From a bacterium (GTDB taxonomy: Bacteria; Patescibacteriota; Minisyncoccia; Phycocordibacterales; UBA2100): 64,000 nt of DNA. Positions 25,769 through 35,276 of the stretch are shown piece after piece. The position numbers were made by a program, and so were the translations under genes. The notes under the pieces were generated by a model. That model was not told the DNA's origin. It searched no databases and saw nothing but the letters and a program-made list of their open reading frames with translations. The stretch covers positions 39,451 to 103,450 of the forward strand of contig JAYPJF010000002.1 in assembly GCA_038128225.1 (NCBI GenBank), written 5' to 3'. The number at the start of each line of letters is the position of its first letter. Position 1 is the first letter of the stretch.

Positions 25769-27343
25769 ATGATGCGTGTTTTCCATCTTGTACTCAAAGG
25801 AGGTGCTTTTTTGCTCGTATTTTTTGTTGTCGCGGTTTTTGTTCGATTAGCAACGCGCGGTGATATTGCGCAAGCCGACTCGGCTCTGTATAACCCTTCG
25901 TATTGTCTCGGAGCGTGGGGAAATCCAACGGGAGCAAGCGGGGCGCCACAGGCAAAAACAGGGGACCCCCTTCACCAATTTCCTCCTGAACAGGCCGCCT
26001 ATCTCGCGCCGGACTCTGTGTCACTTATTTTCTGCGGGTATTTCAATGTGGAAGCGAAGGATAATGCACCAAAAAGTGCGCGAGTTTCTTTTGTGTGGGC
26101 GCACGATGGGTCCTCGGCAAGCGCTCCGGTTTCCGAACATGAAGACCCGATCATAAACACAGAAGAGACCATAGAGATACAAAGCGAGACCCACACTGTC
26201 TCTGATCCTGCGACGGAACCATCTCAAGCGGATAGCGCAGATGCACAATCGTCAGAAACAGTAACAGTCGATGAAACTACAATTCAGCCGCCCGAAGAAA
26301 GTGACACTGAAAAGGGCGGTGTCGAGGAATCAGTGTCATCGCCGGAGATGCAATCAGAAACACATGAGCCTGGGCCAGCACCACAACCTTCCTCGCCAAC
26401 CGGAGAGAGTCCTTCTCAGACGGATACGCCCGCGCCTGTAGTTGAGTCCGCACCAGCCGCGTGGCTCACGATAATCGGGAACATACTCAGCCTGACTGCG
26501 ACAGAAGCGTACGCGACCGAAGAGGCGGAGCACGCATTTCTTAAAGTGAGTTACAGCTTTGATGGAGTGCGTTGGTTTACTGCGGGACAAGCACATACGG
26601 GTAATTGGGACACGTTTTCTGTCGATATTCCTGCGACGTCGTGGGAGGATTTGCATAATCTTCAAATAATGATCCTACCTTTGCCGGGCGAGCGACCATC
26701 GATTTATCTTGATGCGATTGAGCTTTCGGTGGAGAATGACCTTACACTCATAGAAACTGCCCTTGAGGGTGCAGAGGCAACGCTTGCTGTTGTTGATGCT
26801 GTGGCAGACTCGCTCATCGCAGTCACTGAAGACTTAACACACGTCTTCGTAACGGAAGAAACGAATCAACTAGCGGCGGTAGATGTCTCACAAACTCAGG
26901 AGAGTATAGAAGAGCCGCCTGTACCCGCACACAAGGAAACGCGGCTCGCGTTTTCGCTGGCGGGGCCATCAATAAAAGCCACACGAAATCTGGCATGGTA
27001 CGATCCTGAGTTTGCGGCGACACTTACTGACGAGCCGGAGTTGGTTGATCCAAAAGTTTCTATCACCGACGGTGTGATGACGGTCTCGGGTCAGTGCACG
27101 CGTGAATTTTTTGTAGTGCTTTTCACTAAGAACGTGGATGATTATACGGCACTTCCTCCTCGGCTTGCGTCGAATTACGCTGCTTCCTGCGTGAACAACT
27201 CGTTTTCATACACGGTTACACACCTACCGGCGAATACGCACGAAGGGCCGTATTACCTTTTGCTCGCCGAACAGGACGCAACGACTCCGTGGGTACCATT
27301 ATCGAACTTGCAGCCAGTCACCTTATCGCGGGTTGATTTGTAG
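25769..27343 (+). CDS. Hypothetical secreted/membrane-anchored protein with an acidic low-complexity region
   Basis: N-terminal TM helix, an E/S/T/P-rich acidic linker (aa ~130-220), then a beta-rich domain. Confidence 0.5.
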   Translation: MMRVFHLVLKGGAFLLVFFVVAVFVRLATRGDIAQADSALYNPSYCLGAWGNPTGASGAPQAKTGDPLHQFPPEQAAYLAPDSVSLIFCGYFNVEAKDNAPKSARVSFVWAHDGSSASAPVSEHEDPIINTEETIEIQSETHTVSDPATEPSQADSADAQSSETVTVDETTIQPPEESDTEKGGVEESVSSPEMQSETHEPGPAPQPSSPTGESPSQTDTPAPVVESAPAAWLTIIGNILSLTATEAYATEEAEHAFLKVSYSFDGVRWFTAGQAHTGNWDTFSVDIPATSWEDLHNLQIMILPLPGERPSIYLDAIELSVENDLTLIETALEGAEATLAVVDAVADSLIAVTEDLTHVFVTEETNQLAAVDVSQTQESIEEPPVPAHKETRLAFSLAGPSIKATRNLAWYDPEFAATLTDEPELVDPKVSITDGVMTVSGQCTREFFVVLFTKNVDDYTALPPRLASNYAASCVNNSFSYTVTHLPANTHEGPYYLLLAEQDATTPWVPLSNLQPVTLSRVDL

Positions 27344-27367
27344 TCGGTGACCCGGTAGGCTTTCACA

Positions 27368-27988
27368 ATGGCGATCGTTGCACGGAATCTTGAGGGGATT
27401 AATGCGGTGGCGGTATCTCCGGCACAGAGGCTTGCACTCCCGGAGCCGCAGCATGTTTTCGCGCTTTTTCCAGGCGCGGCATCGAAAGGCTCTCGGCTTC
27501 TTGATGATGCGGCACTTCATATGCGTGCATTTACATTTCCCGAACTATCGCTGCAGCTCATTTTTGAACCCACGCGTATTCGTCTTGAAGCTACGACCGC
27601 ACATAAGCCTGCGGAATTGCGTCTTGGCGAAATTTTACACACTGTCGAAAAAACGATATTTCCAAAAAACACGTTCGAACGACACGGGTTTAATTACGAC
27701 ATTGCGTATCAGTACGACGCTATCATCCCGCAAAGAGCGTTGTGGGAGCGTTTTGTTTCTAAGGATGTGCTGGAGAACATGACCCATTTCGGTTGGCAAA
27801 TGACTCTCCAAAAAGGGAAAGGGGAACAGAAAGAAACGTACTTCTTTAAGGTGGTCTCACCACTCGAGCTCCGGGTACTTGCTAACATCGAAATTGACCA
27901 CAAACACGGGGATTTTGATGCACAGCGGAAGTTTGAAGAGTGTTATACTTCATCTCAAGAGATCGTGAATCACCTCACGTTCTCTTAG
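27368..27988 (+). CDS. Hypothetical protein (206 aa)
   Basis: ORF only. No recognisable family. Confidence 0.4.
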   Translation: MAIVARNLEGINAVAVSPAQRLALPEPQHVFALFPGAASKGSRLLDDAALHMRAFTFPELSLQLIFEPTRIRLEATTAHKPAELRLGEILHTVEKTIFPKNTFERHGFNYDIAYQYDAIIPQRALWERFVSKDVLENMTHFGWQMTLQKGKGEQKETYFFKVVSPLELRVLANIEIDHKHGDFDAQRKFEECYTSSQEIVNHLTFS

Positions 27989-27991
27989 TCG

Positions 27992-29491
27992 ATGACGCTC
28001 TCACATAATGGGATAAAATTTCGGAGAACGACCCGGCGATCTGTCGCTGTGTTTTTCATTTTGTGTGTTGAAATAGTTCTTTCGTTTTTCTTATACGTAA
28101 CATTAACCGCGCACATGCTGTGGCCTGAAAAGTCAGGCGCAGCGGTTGGTGTTGCCAACATACTTTCATATGAAGGTCGGCTCATGGATGAAAACGGTTC
28201 GCCGCTGGGCGGAACAGGCGAGCCGTATTGTTTTCGATTCTCGATTTACGACGCGCAGTCTTCCGGTACTAAATTGTGGCCATCAGGAACACCCGCAACC
28301 ACCACTGCAACCACTACCGACGGAGTATTCACTGCACTCATCGGCCAAGCAGACACGCTCGATTACAATTTTTATTCAAGCGACACGGTGTTTCTGAATG
28401 TTGACGTATACACGGCGACATCAACAAACGGCACTAATTGTTTTAATGGATCGTGGGAAACGCTCGCGCCGAGGCAGCGGGTTGCGGCAACGGGATACGC
28501 ACGCGCCGCGGAAAATGTCTATAGTTCACTTTTCTCAACCAACGTCGCTTCGGGTATCGTACAAGTGGGGACCGGCGTTGGCGGGGCGTCACCAAAATTT
28601 CTCGGACTTGATGTAAAAAACACTAATGACTATATCGGGCAATCGTGTGCTACTTCAGGAACCGTATGGTACAACTCTGCGATCTCGAAGGCGCTCGTGT
28701 GCGAAAACGGCGTGATCCAAGCAATCAGTAACTCTTCGGCCACTACCACTATCGCGGCGTTAACAGCAAATGGAGGCACGCCCGTAACCACGGGCACGGT
28801 CGTATTTTCAAATTCGAACGGTGTCACTTTTGGCATCAACGGAAACACGATCACGGCAAGCGTAAATGCGGGGGGCGGCGGCACCACCTATAGTGGATAT
28901 GCACCAGAGTATCATGGAAAAGAGCAGGTCGCGGGGCAGCAGGGGCAAGGAACGTTTTTTGTTCAGCCAATGTGGAATGCTCCTTCATTTCAATTTGATC
29001 GATTTGTGATGCCGATCAACTTTTCCAATACATCAAACTCTTCGGGTAGCGCAACCCTTTCATTTTGGGTGGGAGTGTACTCAAAAAATGTTTCAACACT
29101 TTCACTGGTCATGAGCAGCTCAGTTTCGACGAATGTGACTATGTCGGGAACTGCAGGGAGTTATTCACTCTACGCGGGCCCAAGAAACTTGACTATACCG
29201 TGGACGAGCACTCTTAGCGGAAGTGATTATTGGATTGGCATTGGATCGCGCACCACGACTGGCGGCGCAAACATGTCGATTTCGCAATTTTTGGCATCAC
29301 AACCAAACTCAGTGTATTCAGGAAACTTTGGTGTCGCGAGTAACGCGACGAAAGGAGGCATCCTCGGGCAAGGGTTTTATAGCGCAACAACTTCCGCCGT
29401 GCCGGCATCGATTGCGTTTACTCAAATCAATGCCTCAGGTTCCCTAAACCGCAGGCCGCCCGTGTATTTTTTCATGAGTGACTCTATATGA
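27992..29491 (+). CDS. Thr/Ser/Gly-rich secreted surface protein (499 aa) with an N-terminal TM/signal anchor
   Basis: N-terminal hydrophobic helix. Extended T/S/G/N-rich beta-rich sequence (PATTTATTTDG, SNSSATTTIAALTANGGT...). Its end overlaps the next gene's start (ATGA), suggesting translational coupling. Confidence 0.55.
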   Translation: MTLSHNGIKFRRTTRRSVAVFFILCVEIVLSFFLYVTLTAHMLWPEKSGAAVGVANILSYEGRLMDENGSPLGGTGEPYCFRFSIYDAQSSGTKLWPSGTPATTTATTTDGVFTALIGQADTLDYNFYSSDTVFLNVDVYTATSTNGTNCFNGSWETLAPRQRVAATGYARAAENVYSSLFSTNVASGIVQVGTGVGGASPKFLGLDVKNTNDYIGQSCATSGTVWYNSAISKALVCENGVIQAISNSSATTTIAALTANGGTPVTTGTVVFSNSNGVTFGINGNTITASVNAGGGGTTYSGYAPEYHGKEQVAGQQGQGTFFVQPMWNAPSFQFDRFVMPINFSNTSNSSGSATLSFWVGVYSKNVSTLSLVMSSSVSTNVTMSGTAGSYSLYAGPRNLTIPWTSTLSGSDYWIGIGSRTTTGGANMSISQFLASQPNSVYSGNFGVASNATKGGILGQGFYSATTSAVPASIAFTQINASGSLNRRPPVYFFMSDSI

Positions 29492-30216
29492 AATCCGCAG
29501 TCATTATCGAAAACCTTGGTCTCGGCGTTCATAACACTGATCTTCAGGCAACGGTCGCACGTTTGGAAAAGGGAAAAACGTATCAAAATCTTTCAACGAT
29601 CATAGTGTGTCCGACGCGCGGTATGATTCCGGATCGTGTCGTGCAGTCATGGATGGGGCTCATAAAGCCCATGAATCAAAAGATCGTTGGCCCCATATTC
29701 TTTCGTGGATATGAAGTGGGGGAAGCGTATAACATGGCGGTGAATTTTATTCTCTCCAACCCCGAACTCAGTACTTGGAAATACATGCTCACGATTGAAG
29801 AAGATAACTTACCCCCGCAAGATGGGCTCATGCGTCTGTATGAGAACATGGATACCTATGATGTTGTCGGTGGTTTGTATTGGACAAAAGGCGAAGGTGG
29901 TCAACCTATGATATATGGGGATCCAACTGTCGAGCCACTGAACTTTATTCCCCAAAAACCTGTTCCAGATACTTTGGTGCCTGCACGGGGACTCGGAATG
30001 GGATTCAATCTTTGGAAGATTGAGATGTTCAAAGATGAACGTATTCCGAGGCCGTGGTTTAAGACGTGGAATGACATAACCCCGGGGCAGGGTGCACGCG
30101 TGTATACACAAGACCTCTATTTTTACGAGAACGCGGGGAAAGCAGGGTATCGATTTGCGTGCGATACGCGGGTCAAAGTGGGGCATCTCGATGTTACAAC
30201 TGATGTTGTTTGGTAG
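29488..30216 (+). CDS. Putative GT-A-fold glycosyltransferase
   Basis: 242-aa ORF with a TIIVCPTRG opening, an acidic EED motif (TIEEDNLPP) and size consistent with a single-domain GT-A enzyme. Family not resolved. Confidence 0.4.
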   Translation: MKSAVIIENLGLGVHNTDLQATVARLEKGKTYQNLSTIIVCPTRGMIPDRVVQSWMGLIKPMNQKIVGPIFFRGYEVGEAYNMAVNFILSNPELSTWKYMLTIEEDNLPPQDGLMRLYENMDTYDVVGGLYWTKGEGGQPMIYGDPTVEPLNFIPQKPVPDTLVPARGLGMGFNLWKIEMFKDERIPRPWFKTWNDITPGQGARVYTQDLYFYENAGKAGYRFACDTRVKVGHLDVTTDVVW

Positions 30217-30219
30217 TAT

Positions 30220-31176
30220 ATGAAAAAATACATTTTCGCTCTCTGTGCACTCGTGTTTGTAGCGATAGGCGGATTTTTTGCAGGTGCGTATCCGCACAAT
30301 TCTGCGGGAGCAGAAAGCGCTCTTGCGGTGAAGAAGTCGAGTGGACACCCACTCATAAACCCCACTGTAACCGCTGGGCTTGAAAAACACTTCATCATCA
30401 ATGTGCAACCGTTGAAAGAACAATTTATGAGTATACAAAAACAATACGCACATAAAACGTATCTGTATTTTGCCTATCTTAATAATGATTCATGGGTGGG
30501 GTTGAGCGAGCGAGAGTATTTCACCGCCGCATCGACAATCAAAATTCCTCTTGCGATGAGTGTTATGCGTGCTGTGGAAACAGGAAAACTCTCACTCGAA
30601 GACAAATACACTATTACCTTTGACGATTTGGACGTGGGTTTTGGCACGTTCCACGAGCGTGCGGAAGGGAAAACGGTGAGTATTCGAGAATTAGTACGCA
30701 TCATGCTTGAGGAATCTGACAATACTGCAATGCAGTCATTAATTCATGTATTGCAAAACAGTGGCAGCACCGATCCTTTCGAACAAGTTTACGCGTTTAT
30801 GGGATGGGACAATTATCCTGGGCTTGGGGAGGCACCGGAATACTTCGCCATCAATCTCAAAGTACTTTCCAATATGTTTCTTGCACTCTACAATGCACGG
30901 TACGTAAACGCTGATCATTCTCAAGAAATACTACACTATCTCGATAATGCGAATTTTAACGAACAAATTGTTGCAGGGGTTCCGCATTCGATTGCGGTTG
31001 CGCATAAAAGCGGCGTGCAGACAGAGTCTCAAACGTATTCAGATTGTGGGATAGTATATGTCCCAAACCGGCATTATCTCCTCTGTTTGGGTTCGGAGGG
31101 CTCGTCAAAAGATATTGCCGACGCATTCATGAAAGAAGCATCGAAGGCGGCATATGAGTTTGTCATCAATAACTAG
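30220..31176 (+). CDS. Class A beta-lactamase-like serine hydrolase (secreted)
   Basis: Signal peptide plus the three class-A motifs in the right order: S-T-I-K (AASTIK), S-D-N (EESDNTAMQ), K-S-G (AHKSG). Confidence 0.65.
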   Translation: MKKYIFALCALVFVAIGGFFAGAYPHNSAGAESALAVKKSSGHPLINPTVTAGLEKHFIINVQPLKEQFMSIQKQYAHKTYLYFAYLNNDSWVGLSEREYFTAASTIKIPLAMSVMRAVETGKLSLEDKYTITFDDLDVGFGTFHERAEGKTVSIRELVRIMLEESDNTAMQSLIHVLQNSGSTDPFEQVYAFMGWDNYPGLGEAPEYFAINLKVLSNMFLALYNARYVNADHSQEILHYLDNANFNEQIVAGVPHSIAVAHKSGVQTESQTYSDCGIVYVPNRHYLLCLGSEGSSKDIADAFMKEASKAAYEFVINN

Positions 31177-31247
31177 GACAGGATTCTCGTCACCGCGGGA
31201 TACAAGCACCAGTGGAAGGGTGTCGAAAGCACTAGTATACTGGCGCG

Positions 31248-31760
31248 ATGAAGTTAGATATCGCGTGCGGACAAAATAAGCGTGAGGGATTTATGGGAGT
31301 CGATATTGCGCCAGGACCTGGCGTTGATTTTGTGTGGGACTTAGAACAATTTCCCTGGAAACCGTTCGCGGACAATTCAGTGGAAGAAGCGCATGTGTCG
31401 CATTATGCGGAACACACTAAAGACCTGATGTCATTTATGAACGAAGTGTGGCGAATTTGCGAAGATGGCGCAAAAGTGACAATTATCGGGCCGTACTACA
31501 CGTCTATTCGTGCGTGGCAGGATCCTACTCATACGCGCGCGTTGAGTGAGGCAACGTGGCAGTACTTTCAAAAACCGTGGCGAGAGGTGAATAAACTCGA
31601 CCATTACCCAATTAGGTGCGATTTCGAAGTTACAAACATGCTTCTGTTTTTTAATGAACCGTGGAATCAAAAATCGGAAGAGGCGCGCGCGTTTGCGGCG
31701 CAACACTACTTTAATGTAGTCTCCGATATACTGGTTGAACTGAAAGTCAAAAAAGCGTGA
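31248..31760 (+). CDS. Small class I SAM-dependent methyltransferase
   Basis: LDIACGQNKREGFMGVDI resembles MTase motif I, with a downstream acidic motif II-like DLEQFP. 170 aa. Confidence 0.4.
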   Translation: MKLDIACGQNKREGFMGVDIAPGPGVDFVWDLEQFPWKPFADNSVEEAHVSHYAEHTKDLMSFMNEVWRICEDGAKVTIIGPYYTSIRAWQDPTHTRALSEATWQYFQKPWREVNKLDHYPIRCDFEVTNMLLFFNEPWNQKSEEARAFAAQHYFNVVSDILVELKVKKA

Positions 31761-31772
31761 TACCCTTACGCT

Positions 31773-32219
31773 GTGTCGCCTCGAATAATTCATATCGGAG
31801 CATTATGCGCGGCACTCCTCGCCTCTGGTGCGGCGTTTCTTTATCTGCACCCGTTCGGATCGGAATCAGTTGTGTATGAGCGCATCGCATCTATTCCTGC
31901 GGCGCCGACGTTGCCACCGTCACCGCTTATGACCTATCCAGATCCTGATACCTACCAGCAGTTCGTGTTTGCTGCGCGCGCTGAGGCGGTGGTCGATATA
32001 ACGTGTGAGGATGCCTACGCGACGGTTCTGATCTATCCGCGCGACGTTGATTATCGGAAAAATCCCACGGGCGCAAAACACAACATCGCGTATCTGTGTG
32101 AAGAAAAAGGGGATACAGCGTTGTCGATTGATCTCCATGGCAAACCATTTACCGTGGGCGAGACCTACTACATTGTTCGCGCGCACCAAGGTAGCGGTGA
32201 ATGGTATAATCCCTATTAA
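31773..32219 (+). CDS. Hypothetical secreted protein (148 aa)
   Basis: Signal peptide (MSPRIIHIGALCAALLASGAAFLY), then a Pro-rich stretch. Confidence 0.4.
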   Translation: MSPRIIHIGALCAALLASGAAFLYLHPFGSESVVYERIASIPAAPTLPPSPLMTYPDPDTYQQFVFAARAEAVVDITCEDAYATVLIYPRDVDYRKNPTGAKHNIAYLCEEKGDTALSIDLHGKPFTVGETYYIVRAHQGSGEWYNPY

Positions 32220-32221
32220 GT

Positions 32222-32611
32222 ATGTGGCACTGGGTACAGTCATTCGTTTGGATATTTATTTTCGTGATGGTTTTTGGTGTCTTTGTGCTGTGGGGGCCTG
32301 CGCTAGGGCCGTTTCTATCTCTTCACACCGCGCCGTATACGCATGATGTATATGGAGTGTACTTAGAAAGTGGTCACGTGTTCTATGGAGAAATCAGATC
32401 AGTAGGATGGCACTCATTAGTGCTCGAAAATGTCCACTCGTTCCAGAATGTTACCGTGGGCGAAACTTCGACAAGTAATTTCCAGGCACAAAAAGATAAT
32501 CCGCTCACGCGGCCTGAAAACTGGTTGGTGATCGAACGAGACGCGATTCTTTTTTACGAGAAACTCACTCCTGCTGCAAAAATAATGTCGCTTATTCGTG
32601 GGGAATCATGA
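32222..32611 (+). CDS. Hypothetical membrane-anchored protein (129 aa)
   Basis: N-terminal TM helix. 4-nt overlap with the next gene. Confidence 0.4.
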   Translation: MWHWVQSFVWIFIFVMVFGVFVLWGPALGPFLSLHTAPYTHDVYGVYLESGHVFYGEIRSVGWHSLVLENVHSFQNVTVGETSTSNFQAQKDNPLTRPENWLVIERDAILFYEKLTPAAKIMSLIRGES

Positions 32612-34218
32612 ACTATGTAGTCGGTTTTATACTCGCAGGGTGCGTAGTGCCAACGATTGTGTTTGGATTCACCGCAACATCAACAAATTTTCACGTAAAT
32701 CAGGCAATTGTTTCGATCGGCGGCGGAAACCCCACAAGCTCAGTAAGTACATCGACCAACTTCCAGCTTTTTGGCGCTGGCGGGCAAACAGGCACGGGGA
32801 CGTCAACAATCGGTTCGTCATTTACGTTGTACGGTGGCTTTCTGCGCTCGATGTTCAAAAGTGTTCGTCCAACGTATACGCTCGAGCATTTTCATTGGCG
32901 CAATGATGATGGCACGGAAACATCAGCGACCTCGGGAACGTTGGGTGTGCAAGATACGGCAACGTCGTCGGTGCCAAAATCGGCAGCAAAACGATTGCGC
33001 ATTGCAGTTTCAAACGAAGGTGGGACTCAGGCAAACTACAGTGCTACCCAGTTTCGACTTGAGTACGGCCTTAAATCAACAACGTGTGGAGCGATAAGCT
33101 CGTGGAGTGATGTTGGTGCCGGTGCAGGGGATTGGGATATGTCAGATTCGAGCAATGTAACCAATGGAGGAAATACAACCAATATCGCGCTAGGTAGTGG
33201 AGGCGTCGGTGACGAGAACAAATACTTTATTGGAGATGGAGGTGTTCGCGATACCGCAAGCGAAACGAGCGCACAATTTGTTGAGAGTCACTCGTTTTAT
33301 GAAATCGAATATTCCATTCAGGCGCTCGCTGCTGCAACCGACAGTGGTACATATTGTTTTCGAGTGACCGCATCGGGTACCGATACGCTCTTTGTGTATG
33401 ACGTATACCCTGAAGCAACTCTTGCGGCAGGAGCGGGAACGCGGCCGATTGCTTCTGCGGTTTCGATTGACTCCGGTGCTGCCGCGGTGACACTCACCGA
33501 AAACACGATAAAAAACGTATCGTGCGTAGGCACGGTAACTGATACTGACGAATTTGCTGACATCACTTCGGTAACTGCAGATTTGTATCGAACTTCGGTG
33601 GGAGTCGGCGGGGGAGAGGATGACAATAACTACTACCAACTCGCAGGAGATGCGGAATGTGTTCCTTCAGGGGGCTCTGGAAACTCTGAAACATATACGT
33701 GTACATTTGCCGTGCAATATTTTGCCGACCCGACCGATACAGGTTCTCCAAATGCGAGTGACACATGGACGTGCACGATGACTCCTTCTGACGGCGTGGG
33801 AGCAGGAACTGCCGCGTCAGACACAATCGAAATGAATTCTCTCATGGCGCTCACGGTGACTGCGACGATTGCGTACGGAAGCGTGAATGCAAATGCCGAC
33901 ACGGGGAGTGTGAACCAAACGACAACGGTCACTAATACCGGCAATCGCGACATGGATCCAGAACTTTCAGGCGTCACCATGGCGGACGGAGGGAACTCCA
34001 TCGCCGTTGGTCAACAAAAGTACGCGGACGCTGCATTTACCTACACATCCGGAGGTGTCGCGCTTTCTACTACGCCGACAGCGATCAATGTAACTTTGCC
34101 TCAGCGGACCGGAGGAGCAATTAGCGACGATGTACTCTGGGGTCTTGGAGTTCCTAACGGTACACCGATCGGAAGTTACACAGGAACAAATACATTTACC
34201 GCAGTAGCGGGGTTGTAG
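32608..34218 (+). CDS. Thr/Gly-rich secreted surface protein, paralogue A (536 aa)
   Basis: N-terminal hydrophobic anchor. Shares with the 34273 gene the domain signatures TLTENT..., (I)A(Y/F)G(S/T)V(N/S)ANADTG..NQ..T.TNTGN, and a C-terminal (W)G(L/I)..PNG...G.YTG.NTFTAVA(G/D) motif. Confidence 0.55.
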   Translation: MNYVVGFILAGCVVPTIVFGFTATSTNFHVNQAIVSIGGGNPTSSVSTSTNFQLFGAGGQTGTGTSTIGSSFTLYGGFLRSMFKSVRPTYTLEHFHWRNDDGTETSATSGTLGVQDTATSSVPKSAAKRLRIAVSNEGGTQANYSATQFRLEYGLKSTTCGAISSWSDVGAGAGDWDMSDSSNVTNGGNTTNIALGSGGVGDENKYFIGDGGVRDTASETSAQFVESHSFYEIEYSIQALAAATDSGTYCFRVTASGTDTLFVYDVYPEATLAAGAGTRPIASAVSIDSGAAAVTLTENTIKNVSCVGTVTDTDEFADITSVTADLYRTSVGVGGGEDDNNYYQLAGDAECVPSGGSGNSETYTCTFAVQYFADPTDTGSPNASDTWTCTMTPSDGVGAGTAASDTIEMNSLMALTVTATIAYGSVNANADTGSVNQTTTVTNTGNRDMDPELSGVTMADGGNSIAVGQQKYADAAFTYTSGGVALSTTPTAINVTLPQRTGGAISDDVLWGLGVPNGTPIGSYTGTNTFTAVAGL

Positions 34219-34272
34219 GTGTGGATAACTACAGAGAGCGGCGACGCTTCACTATATACTTGATGAGTAACT

Positions 34273-35244
34273 ATGATGCGCCGTGCACGATCGCTCAACT
34301 TCAACGCGTGGACAATTTCCGCGGTAGTTTTTGCAGCAGGCGTTTTGGTCTCTGCAACTATCGTGCTCGCGGATACTGCATCAACTTCGGTTACGGTAGG
34401 TAACTCATCTCCTACCGTGAGTGCTGTGTCGATGAATGGCGGCACAAACATTACTCTTACCGAAAACACGTTTGTGAATGCCACAACAACGTTTACGGTA
34501 ACTGATGGGAACGGATGCAGTACGATTTCAAGTGTCTCGGCGCAGTTTGCCTTTGCTTCAACGAGCGCGGCGCTCTACGGAGCCAATTGTTCCTACAATG
34601 CGCAAGTGTGTTATTTCCCAACACTCTGTGCAGCAACAACGACAGGAAATACATGCACTGGTGGTTCTGATACTTCAGTACAGTATGATTGTGGCTACAA
34701 AATTTGGTATCCTGCGCGACCCACCGACGGCTCCTCCCCGGGTCTTTCGAGTGCGCAGTGGTACGTCTCAGCAACCGCGACGGACGCAAGCGCAGCAACA
34801 GGAAATGCAACAAATACCGGCGAAACCATTGAGGTTGTTACTTTGAATGCACTTAATGTGAGCGGATCCATTGGCTTTGGAACCGTCTCCGCAAACGCAG
34901 ACACTGGCGGCACGAATCAAAGCGTCACCCACACCAATACTGGAAATACCGCGATTGATAATCAGGTGTCTGGTGACGTAATGTGTACTGACTACTCGAC
35001 GTGTGTTGGTGGTGTACTGCAGCCATCGCAGCAGAAGTTTGGATTGAGTGACGTAACGTACGCTTCACTCACGAGTACACTCGCTGCAACCACATCGCCT
35101 GCATCAATTGAATTTGATCTGGCGACTTCCTCAGCAACCACCACTGCAATCACTGATTTGTCATATTGGGGTATTGCGATTCCAAACGGTCAGACCACTG
35201 GCGCGTATACGGGACAAAACACTTTTACCGCGGTTGCTGACTAG
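34273..35244 (+). CDS. Thr/Gly-rich secreted surface protein, paralogue B (323 aa)
   Basis: Signal peptide, the same motif set as paralogue A, and the C-terminal ...IPNGQTTGAYTGQNTFTAVAD. Confidence 0.55.
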   Translation: MMRRARSLNFNAWTISAVVFAAGVLVSATIVLADTASTSVTVGNSSPTVSAVSMNGGTNITLTENTFVNATTTFTVTDGNGCSTISSVSAQFAFASTSAALYGANCSYNAQVCYFPTLCAATTTGNTCTGGSDTSVQYDCGYKIWYPARPTDGSSPGLSSAQWYVSATATDASAATGNATNTGETIEVVTLNALNVSGSIGFGTVSANADTGGTNQSVTHTNTGNTAIDNQVSGDVMCTDYSTCVGGVLQPSQQKFGLSDVTYASLTSTLAATTSPASIEFDLATSSATTTAITDLSYWGIAIPNGQTTGAYTGQNTFTAVAD

Positions 35245-35276
35245 GTTTCCTGTCGCGCTCGTGTACACTTAAGCGC

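Noticed and set aside
30220-31176. Calling the class-A beta-lactamase-like gene an antibiotic-resistance gene
   Set aside because: Only the generic serine-hydrolase triad is recognisable. Its position inside a surface-protein operon argues for a cell-wall or protein-processing role. Resistance function cannot be inferred from sequence alone.
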